From the NCBI RefSeq assembly GCF_009914755.1, contig NC_060934.1: DNA of 64,000 bases. One strand, given 5' to 3'. Below, in pieces: positions 1 through 13,007 of the stretch (position 1 is the first letter of the stretch; every line of letters starts with the position of its first letter). The stretch comes from the human T2T-CHM13v2.0 reference genome, Homo sapiens. The notes beneath the pieces are model-generated. The model did no database searches. It saw nothing but the letters and a program-made list of their open reading frames with translations, and was not told the DNA's origin. Both the position numbers and the translations under genes were made by a program.

Positions 1-165
1 GCCATTCAACAAGTCTCTAGGAAGTTCCAGATTTTCCCACATCTTCATGTCTTCTTCTGAGCCCTCCAAACTGTTCCAACCTCTGCCTGTTACCAAGTTC
101 CAAAGTTGCTTCCACATTTTTGGATATCTTTACAGCAGTGCACTATTATCTCGATACCAATTTAC
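1..165 (-). mobile_element. THE1 (ERVL-MaLR) internal region, 5' part; continues beyond the window start
   Basis: Minus strand reads gtaaattggtatc...aatgtggaagcaactttggaacttggtaacaggcagaggttggaacagtttggagggctcagaagaagac, the start of THE1-int, directly after an LTR. Confidence 0.9.
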
Positions 166-908
166 TATATTAGTCCATTTTCCCACTGCTGTAAAGAACT
201 TCCTGAGACTGGGTAATTTATAAAGAAAAGAGGTTGAATTGACTCACAGTTCAGCATGGCTGGGATCCTTTGGAAAACTTACAATCATGACAGAAGTCAA
301 AGGGGGAAGCAAGGCATCTTCTTCACAAGGCAGCAGTAAACAGAATTGAAATGGTTTGGCTCTGTGTCCCCACCCAAATCTCATCTTATAGCTCCCATAA
401 TTCCCATGTGTTGTGGGAGGAACCCAGTGGGAGATGATTCAGTTATGGGGGTGGGTCTTTCCTGTGCTGTTCTCGTGATAGTGAATGAGTCTCACGAGAT
501 CTGATGGTTTTAAAATCATGAGTTTCTCTGCACAAGCTCTCACTTTGCCTGCTGCCATCCACGTAAGATGTAACTTGCTCCTCCTTTCCTTCTGCCATGA
601 TTGTGAGGCCTCCCTAGCCATGTGGAACTGTAAGTCCAATAAACCTCTTTCTTTTGTAAATTGCCCAGTCTTGGGTATGTCTTTATCAGCAATGTGAGAA
701 GAGACTAATACAAGAATGAACACAGGAGGAACTACCCTTTATAAAACAATTAGATCTCATGAGAACTCACTCACTATCATGAGAACAGCGTGGGGGAAAC
801 CACTCCTATGATTCATTGACCTCTGCCTTGTCTCTCTCAATACATGGGGATTATGGGGATTACAATACAAGACAAGATTTTGGGTGGGGACATAGTCAAA
901 CTATATCT
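166..908 (-). mobile_element. THE1C/THE1D-like 5' LTR, split by a THE1B insertion (host pieces about 166-346 and 713-908)
   Basis: tattagtccattttc...ctgagactgggtaatttataaagaaaagagg and ...gggtggggacatagtcaaactatatc match the reverse complement of a THE1 LTR. Confidence 0.88.
347..712 (+). mobile_element. THE1B-like solo LTR
   Basis: tgaaatggtttggctctgtgtccccacccaaatctc...gactaataca; perfect 5-bp TSD AGAAT at 342-346 and 713-717. Confidence 0.93.
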
Positions 909-959
909 GTTTATATTTGTATTCTATTTGGAAATTATGTTGGTATTAGTGTTTTTGAA

Positions 960-3502
960 AATTTAATTAATATAGCTTAAATTTTGGAGAAGTCTTATAT
1001 TTACAGAAAAATCAAGTAAAAAATACAGTTTGCAAATATTTCCTCACCTCCACCCCTACAAAATATAGGTTCCCCTATTCTTAATATCTTTCATGAGTGT
1101 AGTGTATTTGTTTAAATTGGTGAGCCAATATTGACTTATTAACCAAAATTTGTATTTTACATTAGAGTTCACATTTTGTGTTGTATAGACTATGGGTTTT
1201 GACAAATAGAGAATGACATGTGTCCACCAGTACAATATCATACAGAACAGCTTCACTGCCTGAAAAATTACCCTGTGTTCCTATTCATTCCTCCCTCATG
1301 CACTCTAAACCTCTAGAAATCACTGAAAGTTTTACAGTCTCCATAGCTTCATCTTTCCCAGGATTTCATATAGTTGGGATCAAACAGTAGGTGGCATTTT
1401 TAGATTGGCTTTTCTCACTTAGCATTATGCATTTAGGTTTCCTCCATATATTTTTGTGGCTTGATATCTCATTTTTAAATTACTGAATGATATTCAATTT
1501 TATGGATATAACACCATTTATCCTCACCTATAGAAGGACATCTTGATTGCTTCTACATTTTGACAATTATGAATAAAGTTGCTATAAACATTGTGGGTGA
1601 ATTTTGGTGTGGTTATTAGTTTTCACCACATATGGGCAAAGATGAAAAGTTATGACTGCTGAATAATATGGTAAGAGTGTTTTTAGTTTTGTAAGAAACT
1701 GTCAAACTGTCTTTTAAAGCGGTTATAGCATTTTGCATTCTCATCGGGAAAGAATGAATGTTACTTTTGCTTTACATCCACTCTGACATTTGGTATTATC
1801 TTTTGAATTTTACCCATTCTAATAGGTAAACAGAGGTATCTCAGATTTTAATTTGCAGTTCCCAAATGGCATATAATTTTGAGGCATTTGCTTGATTGTC
1901 ATCTGCATATTTTCTTTGGTAAAGGGTTGGTCAGATCTTTTGTCCATTAGGAATTGTTTTGTTTTATTTTATTGTTTCCCTTAATAATTATTTATATATT
2001 TGGAATCCAATACCTCTATCAGATAATTATGTTGAAAATTGCCTCCTCAATCCGTGGCTTCTCTTTTCATTCTTTTAACGTATCTTGCACAGTTCAGAAG
2101 TTTTTAATTTTAATAAAATTCAGCTATTCAAGTTTGTCTTTCATGGATCATGCATTTGTTGTGCCTAAAAAGCCATTGTAAAACCCATGGTCATCTGGGA
2201 ATGTTATAGTTTTAAGTTTTACATTGGGGCCTATAATCCATTTTGAACTAATTTTCATGAAAAGTCTGTGTCTAGATTAATATTTTATATTTGGATGTTC
2301 ATTAGTTCCATCACTGTTTGTTCAAAAGCTATTATTCTTCATCGAATTGCCTTTTGCTCCTTTGTCAGAGATTAGCTATCTCTATTTGCATAGGTCTACT
2401 TCGAGGATCTCTGTTCTGTTTCATTGATCTGCCTGTGTGTTTCCACCAATATCACACTGTCGTGATTGGTGTAGCTTTATAATACACCTTGAAGTCAGGT
2501 TGTGTTGTTTCTCTAACTCTGTTTTTCTCTTTCAAAACTATGTTTGCTCTCTGGATCACTTGCCTCTCCATATAAATTTTCAAATCCGCTTGTCAGTATT
2601 CACAGAATAACTTGGGATTTTGATTGAGATTGCATGAATCTATAAAGTTGGGAAGAAATGATGCCTTGACAATATTGAGTCTTTCATCAATATACATAGA
2701 ATATCTTTCCGTTTATTTAGATATATCTGATGCACTTTATCAGAATTTTGTAGTTTTCCTCATATAGGCATTGTACACATTTTGTTAGATTTTTTACCCA
2801 AGTATTTCATTTTCTTGGATCTTATGTCAATAGCATCATGTTTTTATTTTTAAATTCTAATTTTTCGTTACTGGCACATAAGAAACCTACCAACTTTTTA
2901 AAATTAACTGTTTATCTTGCAAACTTGCTATATTCACATATAGTTTCAGAAGGGTTTTTTGTTGATTCTTTCACATTTTCTACATAGGCAATCATATCAT
3001 CTGTGAACAAAGACAGTTTTATTCTTTTCTTCCCAATCTGTATTTTTAAAAGTTTCTATTTCTTATTTCATTAGTTAAGTGTACCAGTAGAATGTTAAGT
3101 AGAAGTTTTGAAAGAGGATATTCTTACCTTGCTCTTCATCTTCATGTGAACGCACCTAGTTTCTCACCATTAAGTACGTTAAGCATGTTAGCGCTAGTTG
3201 TTTTTATTTGTTTGTTTATTATTTTGTAGATGTTTTTTAAGTTGAAGAATTCCTCTTTCCTCTTTGTTCATAATTTGCTAAGTATTTTCATGATGACCAA
3301 CTGGTGCATTTTGTCACATTCCTTTCCTCTATTTATTGATATAATCATATATATTTTTCTTCTATAGCTGTTGATGTGATGAATTACATTAATTAGCTTT
3401 TGAATATTGATGCAGAATTGAGTATATGAAATAAATCCCACTTTGCTGTAGTGTATACTTTTAGTACATTGTTGGATTCAATTTGCTAGTATTTTGTTGA
3501 GA
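960..3502 (-). mobile_element. Old L1 (L1MC/L1MD-type) 3' UTR plus ORF2 remnant
   Basis: T-rich antisense L1 motifs (tatgggttttgacaaa, cagcttcactgccctgaaaa, ttgattgagattgcatgaatctata, gttggattcaatttgctagtattttgttgag); no open frame. Confidence 0.85.
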
Positions 3503-6500
3503 GTACAAGTTTCTGAACAGGAATTTATTTCCCGGTTTCCAAATTTCTAACAATTTTTCTTGGCTTCTTAAGAAATCATTATAATACACCTAATCTATTG
3601 CTATAGTTGATACCTGGGCTCTCCGGTTAGCATTATTTTTTTCATTCATGTCTTTTTGACGTAGCTTCATAATATGCTTTGATATATATCAAGTCACTTC
3701 TAATAGTCTAAAATTATTCTAATAGCACTTGTACATACTCTTACAAAGGAAACTTTTAGTCAGATTATCATATTCTATGAAAATTCCACTTAAATATTCA
3801 TCGGTATGTCCTAGAATTTAGAGATTAATACTGGTAAACCAATGCTTATAAGATATTAAAACTGTATATTAAGGACAATGAAATATTTTAAATATTTTTA
3901 TCTTATGTCCCTCAAATATTATTTACAATTTTTTAAAAAATATTATCTAAGTTTCTTTCTAGCATTTAAAATACATTTAAAAAATATATTTTCAGTTTTG
4001 TTTAATATTTTGATAGGATTTTTTTCTGGTACTTTAAGTGTTAATTCTTCATGTATAGATAATGCTCAGTACAGACTTTTAGGGAGGGAAGCCAAATATT
4101 TAAGAATCAATGGAAATCTTATCTTTTCTATATCATGTTTTACAAGCACTAACACTGTCTTGTTAGTTTTCTGTTTAAAATCTCTGAATCGTGTCCTATC
4201 ATCTAAAGGATAAAATAATAGAATGTCATTGAAGCACCACATTATCAGACATTTTCTTACCTCTGCAATTTAATCTCTTGTCTCCTAAATTATTTTAGCT
4301 TAACTTATCAGTTTCACTCAGGCCTCTATTAAATTGCGCATAGAGTCTCATCTATCAGGAAAACACATCCTTTCCTTCTGGGCTTTTTGTAATAAAGTAT
4401 CATCCATTCTCAAAAAAAATTCTAATATCTTCCTACAGGTTAATATTTCCCATCTTCTCATCTCTATTGAACATATCTTAGCATTATCCTACATGTAATT
4501 TTCTCGTATTCCCTTCTTACGCTCTTCTTAAAAGATTGTCTTGGCAGTCCTATGAAATTTAGCAATTTTGCTAATTTTTTATGACAGAACCTTGTCTTTC
4601 TCTATTTTCAAAATCTACCATTATGCCCTGACCTCTACAGTTATTCCAACAAAACACCATTTCTTAAAGTCTGATTTACAAGTCAATGTTTTGCCCTGAA
4701 ATCCTCCAGGTAATGTCTAAATAGATCTGCTTTACACTTGTATTTTCTAATACAAAAATACTTACACCAATTTTTAGCTCTGGTAGGATTTTATAATTTG
4801 CTGAAGAATATTGTTACTTATTTTAAAGGTGTTCTCCCCTTTATTAAAGTTTGTTGGGACTATAAAGAAGGAAGTTGATTAGTACAGATCAGCATAAAAT
4901 AATTTTGTTCCTTGACACAATCTTTAGAACAAAATAGATAATTACTAGTTTAGAGGAATATACATTTAAAGAAGGAATATATGTGCCTTGTGAATATGTC
5001 TTATACATATATGTACAAATGGACCTTATTATCTTAATGAAATGTATGAAAGATAGTTCATAAAAACCATACAAATTCTTGGTTTCAGGTCATTTTTTAA
5101 TTGTGATAAAGTATTAATATAATTCATTACGTTTGTTATTGTCCAATAGTGAATTGTTTTTTGCATTAATTGGATTCAGAAGCTTTCTTGGCAAGAAAAA
5201 ACAAATCAAGCTGGCACTATAGCTGTTTTCCTTGACTAAAATAATGCTTAACAAATTACTTAGAAGCTTGAAGGCCAAAACATACAGGTACAATTAACAT
5301 ATCAAATAATTATATTGCTCCACAATTTATAGAAATAAGAGGAAAAGAACTTTTGTTCTTTTGTTTTTCTTTTTACCTCATCTGTAAATTGTACCAATGT
5401 TTTAAAACAATTTTTATCTCAGATTTTAAAAACAACTCAAAACTTAAAAGTATTTTGGTTTTTGTAAGCATTTCTCCAAATGGTGATTGTTTTGTTTACC
5501 TACAATTTCAATATTTTTAGATTGATGTTCACATTCTTCCAGTAAAAAATTAAATAAAATAGTACCAATTGACAAGGTATGTTTGTTTCATATTTTCTTC
5601 CATAGCCCTCTTTTCTAAATGTAGCTATGTTCAGAGAAAAGAGATAATTCTTGAACTGTTTATAGAATAAGTACTAATATTCATAAAATCAATTTGATTT
5701 TCTTCTTTTTATGTAGTATGTAATTTTTTCAGTAAATAATCAAAAATATAATTTCATAGGTCAATTACCAAATAAAATGATTTTGTCATTCTGTAGGCAC
5801 ACATCTTGAAACTACACCTGTAACCTTGGCAGAGTTACCCATATTTGACACTTGTAGCAGCGCAATTAATTTATGACATTCAGCACACTATCAACATGCT
5901 CTGACTAAAAATCCAAGCAAATTTCTTAAATAGACAAATTTACTCTGATTTCTGAAAACCTCTAGCCACTTACATGCACTACATATAATTGCAAAGCCAT
6001 AATGAAATTCAGCATTTCATTATAAAATTCACTTTGAATTTCAGTATTGAAATACTGAATTTCACTTTGAAATTATTTGAACTTTATTATTTTAATGAAA
6101 TGTATGAAAGTTCAGAAAATATTATGGATGAAATTACATCCATATTATTTTCTTCCTCAAATTGGAGAGCTGAGACCTGCTATTTTCATGAGCTCAGTGC
6201 CAGTATTGATTGACAGGCCATGCCAAAAAACAAGTATCATTCTATTCTCTACTACAGGTGACTAGACCACATAAGTATTGTGTATTATATATAAAATTTT
6301 AAAAACTATTAGAAATTGTTTTTCATAACAGGACTTGTCTATTTCAAATCTGTTTGTTGAAATTATATCACATATTTTGAGAATATACTACATGGTAAAC
6401 AATGAGTTATATAAACTAATGATTTTTCTCCATGAGTGGCAGATTCATTTACATTAATAAATTATCCAAAAAATAGCACTGTCCTTCAAATGTGCAAACT

Positions 6501-7064
6501 CAAAACTATGCAAATTGAACTTACATACACTTAAGATAAAATATTCTTTAAATAACTGAGAATGTTCATAATTATTATTTTCCTTCTAAAGATTAAAAAA
6601 GAGTTCTACTTTGCCAAGGAAGATACTATCTTACATAAACAGCAAAGAATAGGGTATATTTAATCACGGTATATAAAATTAATACTATGTCATAACAATA
6701 ATCTAAGAGATGGAATTATTGGTAAAAGTTGTTAAAATTATTATATTTTTATTCAGCAGTTATCCAGGACTATTTAGTAGTAATACTTAACACACCTTGA
6801 ATATTTAGTATATATCATATAAACATGCTGTTTGGTGGGACAAAAATAGTTGACATTGAGAAATATTGTATGGTTCAAACCAATATTTATGTCACTTAAA
6901 ACTTTTGTTAGAAAATATTATTGTAACAATACATAGATGAGGATACTGACATATCATTGAATATGGAATATGCTCGAAATCAAACAGTGAATGGTGGAAC
7001 CAGGAAGGGAACCTTTATCTGTCCAAAGCTGAACCACTGTGTTATACTGTCGCTAATTAGATGA

Positions 7065-7240
7065 AGCAGTTTGGTATGACAGAAAAAAAATGCCCTGTAC
7101 TGAGTTATAAGACTGCTATTTGTGTTACAGTTCTGCTCCTGGCCCAGTGATCATTAACAAATCATTTAAACTTTATAACTTTCAGTTTTCTAACTATCAT
7201 GTGGGGATAATTACACTTGTGTTCTCTACTTCACAGACAT
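7065..7240 (+). mobile_element. MIR SINE (degenerate)
   Basis: aaatcatttaaactttataactttcagttttctaactatcatgtggggataat resembles the MIR core. Confidence 0.6.
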
Positions 7241-7852
7241 AAAAATGAAGTGCAAACTTCAAACTAAAGTATATGAATTGTATAGGCAGAGTAAATAAAC
7301 TGAATGGGATGAGAATAATTTGGGCAAAAAAAAATCAGTAGTAAAGAAAGGAGGTTAGGAGAATCCTTCTGAGGATAATGCAAGCAGAAATTGAAAGTGT
7401 GGTAGTCATATAACATTCAGTTTATTTGAGATTTGGAGAGCAAAATGCTTGAACTTTTTCTTAAGTTCAATATGAAAGACAGCATTACAAAGAAGTGTGT
7501 GTGGTAGGATAAAAGGTTTTTTTCCTCCACTTTCAAACAGAACAGGTTTAGAGCAGTGAATACATGGCTGAGTAGCATTTTAAGGAAAATAAATAAGAAA
7601 AATCCCTGAATGTAGCATCAGTAATTGCAATACACATTTCTCAAGGAGCAGGAAAGAAATACCGTAACTATAATACAGAGATCAAGCAGAATGGTACTGG
7701 GGTGGTAGATCTCTCCATAGCAGGAAGGAAAATGCCAGAAAATACAATGATCAAAATGAAGGAATGTATTTGAATTATTTACATCTCCAACGTATCCAAT
7801 TATCAGAAGCCACTTTAAGCTTGTGCAGTTAAAAGGTGAAACTTATAATTGA

Positions 7853-8402
7853 TATAGGAGATCAGAATATGACATCCCAAAATATGCCACTTTAGCATAA
7901 GAATTATTATGAATTAAAGGAAAATGACAATTAAACACATGGAAAGCTCTCTGCCTTCTCCCTGTTTGCCTAAAAGCAGGACATAAATTTACGAAAGCAA
8001 AAGGATGCCTCCTTACCTCTCTACCAGGAAGAAAAAAGGTTGACCCACTGAAGACAACTTTAGACCCTTTCAATTAGAGACCAAAGGAATCTACATTAGC
8101 AAACTTTGCTAACTCCTATTCTCAAATTTGCTGTCCCTAGAGATTCAAAGTTCTTTTAATTTGTCTTATCACTTCTCTAAAACTTTACCGTTTTTTGTTG
8201 AAGATGCTATATAAGCTAAAATTCAAAACCACCTCTTTTAGAATTATTCATTTCTTTGGTATCTTCCATGTATATGTGAAGTACACAGGGTAGTAAATTT
8301 GTCTCTTTTTTTTCCTCTTGGTAATTTGTCTTTTGTTACAAGGGTTCATCTCAGATAAGAAGTATGAAGGATAAAGAGAAAATTGGTTTTGTCTTACCTA
8401 CG
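7853..8402 (+). mobile_element. MER34-family ERV1 solo LTR
   Basis: Starts tataggagatcagaatatgacatcccaaaatatgccactttagcataag (MER34-type 5' end), ends ...cttacctac. Confidence 0.78.
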
Positions 8403-8999
8403 TCACCATGGTATCCCATGAAATTCAAGGAAAAAACAAACACAAGCAAACATAACCTAATAAAACAAATGCATTCAAAGTCACTTTGAGAAGAGGAAAA
8501 AGAATCAAACTTTTGGCAGACAAAAGATAAAACCCAAAATAATGAAAGAGAACTGTTACTTGACTCTCCCACATAATTAAAAGAGCATTTTCAGTTATGA
8601 ATTAAACATTTAAATATCAAAGATAGAAACAAACAATAGTAAGATTAGAAATGGAATCTAAACTCTGAAGAAGCTGAAGAAAACAATTATATCACCTCAG
8701 AATTTAAAAACAAAGCTGCCAAGTATAGTACAACTTACTATACAAAATAGTATGATAGAAGCTAGGAAAGAATAAAGCCAACACCATGAAAATAGGGCAT
8801 AAAAGAGATGAAATGAAACAGAGAAAAGGATAGTCAAAAAAAAATACCCCACTCTCCAAAATGACCAGAATACTTAAAGCAAAACTTCTAGATAATTTTC
8901 ATAAAAGAAAAGACATCCCCAACATGCATATTAAAATGACACCTATGTTCTTTGTAAAACTGACTCAGAATAGTTCATACCTTAGACATACTGCTGAGC

Positions 9000-9900
9000 T
9001 TAGGAAAAAGTTATAAATGAGCAGTAACGTGAGGAAATACTATACAAATACAACCTTTTAAGGAGTCAACTAATGGATGCCTTTTATTCAATGAAGAGTT
9101 GAATGGGAAAACTTAAAATAACTATAAGTGAGTATGAGTCACTGGGTAAATGAAAATCCAGGAGTTCACAGTGATCATATAAAGACATGAGAAGGCAGGA
9201 AGAGAAGGGGAAAAGGATGAAGAGAAAAAGGAGGAGGGGGAAAGGAGGAGAAAGAAAATGAAAACAAGATTTGCTGCCATTAGAGGTTAGTATTATTCTA
9301 AGAATTTAACATAAAAATAGGTAATGGAAAAATATAAGCATTAACTATTCCTTTTTACAAAGACCTGTATTACTTTCCCAGCAAATGAGAGAGGAAATTA
9401 CACAGAAGAATGCCAAGTAATATATGTAGAACAAATGATTGAATTAGAAAAACCACCATTTTGCAAACTCTAATCAAATAATTGGTACAAGTAAGAATCA
9501 CAAATAGATGTTACATCTATTAATTTTGGGGAACAGGAAAATTTTAAGGTGAAAAGGTTAAGCAGCAAAAGCTACTTGCTAAGATCCACAGAAAAACTTA
9601 TCTTTGAAATGAACACATTTTATGATCATTTTCTTAGGCAAGGAAATTAATATCACTAATAGTGAGACAACATGATATTATCATATGTGCTCATCAATGT
9701 GAATTATTAAGTGATCTTTAAAACAATCTCACAAAAAGTTTAATCAGCATCTAACCTAGCCTTTATGTCTATCATCGAATTTAGAGGAACTAAAGGAATA
9801 GTGTGGAAGACACAAAGAGGAAATAATCAGACAAATAAAAATTATTCTGTAGGAAAAATTGTCCAGTTTTCTTGTATAAATGTCATGAAAAAATAAAGTG
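9000..9900 (+). mobile_element. Old L1 (L1MC4/5-like) 3' region
   Basis: tagaaaaaccaccattttgcaaac...taattggtacaagtaagaatcacaaatagatg motif; A-rich sense strand; boundaries approximate. Confidence 0.55.
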
Positions 9901-11145
9901 AAGCAATTGCTTTAGAACAAAAGTGACTGAAGAACAAACAATAACCTATCAGTTTGTTGACTCTCATCCTGACATGTATCTGGCCAGGCCAATAGGTGAG
10001 GCAATTATGTTTAGAGACAATGCACACAGAAAGGCTGGGAAAGATCATAGTAGTAGTAATAGCCTTTTGGTCTTTGAAAATTTGTAGTTTACTTCTTTTG
10101 ACTCAAATTTGAAGCGTCCAGTCTTATGACCTTTATTCTTCTTTTATTCTACTTCACCTGGAAAATGCTTTATTCTTGTATTTAATAGAATGCTTGAATA
10201 TGAATGACATTCTAGTCTGTATTTTTATATCAAACCTCTCACCTGAACATCACTAGATTCTAACATCTCTGTCAGTGACTATCTAGGCAATCTTTGCCCA
10301 ATAATTCAAGTTGTGCCTTAGTGTGATTACATATAATATAGAAATAAAAATACCAGGCTGACTTACCTCAAGAGTCTATTCTAATAAGCTAATAAGAAAA
10401 TATATGAGAAGTTCTAAAAGCTGTGAAATAATGTGCTTATGATAATTTGCTTAGTCTTCCCTCAGGTGTATGGATATATAAATTCCCTTCATTGAGGTGG
10501 GCAGTATTTCACAAAGGTGCCTATAGGCACACTACCTCCATAGAGAGCTAATAAAAAAACTAATACTCTTGAACTTTCTACCAATGCTATTTTCTTGAGT
10601 TCCCATGTGATTTATGGGCCTGATTTCAGTCAATATGTCCATAATAAAAAAAGATTAAGTAACACCCAGTCCTTGTTTTCCATAAGTAAATTAATCAATT
10701 TTAAAATGTCTTTTCTCAACCCAATATTAAGAAGGTCAAAAGCTTCTTTTACAAAAATAATAATATGGTTGAAATTTGTACCTATAGTAGAAATAGATGA
10801 CTGAATGCTTTTTTATAAGCTTTGCTCCTTTAAAATAATTTTAGTTATCATAAAATTTAAAAGATACATTGAGCCAATTTTCCTAGGCATGTACAGAAAG
10901 ATAGTAATATATCTACAAGTGTACAACGTAGGCTGGTGTATTCCAGAATAACAGATTCTGATAACAGATCAGAGAACATCCTATAACACATAGGCACACA
11001 AACTGCAGGCCAATCACAAGGAAATTAAAAACAGGCCTATTCTGATGCTATGTTGTGCTTAAAACAAATCAATGCAAAGGCAATAACAATAAGAAAGAAT
11101 TTAATAAAAGTATTTAGAACACTGCAGGAAAAATATATATCAAAT

Positions 11146-13007
11146 TGATGGTTGTGACTGCCCGTCTGGAGCAGCCACTACAGTGATGCCAGCTGCAGTG
11201 TTGGAGGAGCAGACAGGGGTGCATGCTCCCTTGTGCCCGCTCCAGTGTGGAGCAAATTTGTGGCTGAGCCAGGGTGCTGCTGTGACCTGGCCAGTTGTGC
11301 ACACACTCCAGGCAGCACTGACATTCTAGCCCCCTGCCACCATGGCACCCTCCAGACTTTGGGTGCTGACGAGTGTGGGAGGGAGGCTGGGGACTGAGGG
11401 TGACTCAGTACCAGCCTGCAGGAACCCCTCCACATGAACATCCTGGGTGCTATGGATGGCATGTTGATGGTGGCGAGAGGCAGGTTTTTAGGTGGGAATA
11501 GGCAGGTTTTCAGTGAAGCCCCACCTTCAAGCCAGGAATGGCTTGAGGCCTAGGGGCTAGGCTACCAGTTCTGGAGTGGGAACTTATGCTGATTTTTCCA
11601 GGCCCACCCATGGCTGCCCATGGACCAATCAGCATGCACTTCCTCCCTTCTGAGACCATAAAAACCCCAGCCAGACTCAGACATTCTTCAGGGTGACCTG
11701 CCTGCTGGAAGGAGCTACCCACTTCGGGATTCCTCTACAATCTTCCAGACAACTGCCTGCAGTTAGAAGCTACCCACTTTGGGTCTCCTCTGTACTCTTT
11801 GGGATGACCTGCCTGCAGAAAGGTCCTAATCACTTTCGGTCTCCTCTACTCTCACTGGGACAACCTGCCTGCAGATAAGAGGTACCTTTGGGTCTCCTCT
11901 ACACTCTTTGGGATGACCTGTCTGCAGATAGGAACTACTCACTTCGGGTCTTCTCTACTTTCACTGGGATGACCTGCCTGGAGATATGAGTTGCCCACTT
12001 TGGGTCTCCTCTACACTCATTGGGATGATATGCCTACAGATAGGAGCAACCTACCTTGGGTCTCCTCTCTGATGAGAGCTGTTCTGTCACTCAATAAAGC
12101 TCCTCTCCACTTCGCTTACCCTCCAGTTGTCCACATAACCTCATTCTTCCTGGATGTGGGACAAGAATTTGGGATCCACTGAATGGTGGGAGTGAAAGGA
12201 GCTGTAACACTTGCCTGGGCAGCTCGTTGAGCTGCAGGCAGTGACATGCTCCTGGACTGTAGGAGTGAAGAGTGGTGACGTTTCTGGGAGCCCAGACCTT
12301 GGTATTCCCTAAGACAGAGCTGCTGTAACACTACAGTCCTGCTGCTCTCTGCTGGCACTGGGCAGCCACCCCACGTGATGGGAAGCAGTGGTGGGACTGG
12401 ACCAGCCCAGGAACTGTGGGCCAGAGCAGGGTGGTGGGACTGAAAGAGCTGTAACATAAATGGGCTGAAACATATCTCCCCCCATTTGCCACACAACAGG
12501 CGATGAGAAGGAGAGAAGAGCTGGTGCCCTTCTGGGAGCCCAGACCTTGGGGCTCCCTGAACCAGGGCTGTGATATATTGTGACACTTTTGGGGGCTCTG
12601 TGGTTCCTGGCATCTTCAAGATTTTGGGTACCACAGTGTTCCCCTCATCTAGACACAGCTGACAACAGTGGGAGCTACTTGCTGTACATTGGGTCAAGCC
12701 ATGGCCTCACACAGAACTGGCACCTGTGCCGGCTCCTGGAGCTGCCTGCCTTGCCACAGCAGCTGGGTTGCTTGACTGTGCACTGTGGCTGGACTCCTTG
12801 CTTGCTCATTCACACACCCCTCTCTACTCCACTCCTGGCTAACCTTTAGCAGGCATGGGATCCGGGATGGTACTGCCAGCCAAGAACAGCCTGCTGGGCC
12901 AAGTGGGTGGAATGAGCCCAGAAGGCATGAGAAATACTCAGGAAGAAGGGACCACCAAAGACAAAGGTTTCTGGCTAGTGAAGCAACACCTGAAGGATCC
13001 TGTGACA
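11146..13007 (+). mobile_element. MER52-family ERV1 long solo LTR
   Basis: TG...CA termini (tgatggttgtgactgcccgtctggagcagcc ... aaggatcctgtgaca); GC-rich island; homologous to the copy at 49595-51918. Confidence 0.9.
11691..12075 (+). repeat. Tandem array of about 7 units of 52-58 bp inside MER52
   Basis: Unit approximately gggatgacctgcctgcagaNaggagctacccacttYgggtctcctctacactc, starting near 11691, 11749, 11801, 11857, 11910, 11966 and 12022. Confidence 0.9.

Noticed and set aside
8410-9000. A-rich stretch (and 61050-62100) as possible coding or novel sequence
   Set aside because: Probably decayed L1/HAL1-type ORF1 remnants, but too diverged for me to name confidently
10517-10530. 14-bp palindrome gtgcctataggcac
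   Set aside because: A few 7-bp-arm palindromes are expected by chance in 64 kb
11691-12075. CRISPR-like array
   Set aside because: Units are contiguous degenerate tandem repeats with no unique spacers, inside a primate LTR, with no cas genes
12116-12697. 193-aa ORF, and the 192-aa ORF at 50836-51414
   Set aside because: Antisense frames through GC-rich MER52 LTR sequence, where stops are rare; the second also crosses a MER52/MER11 junction
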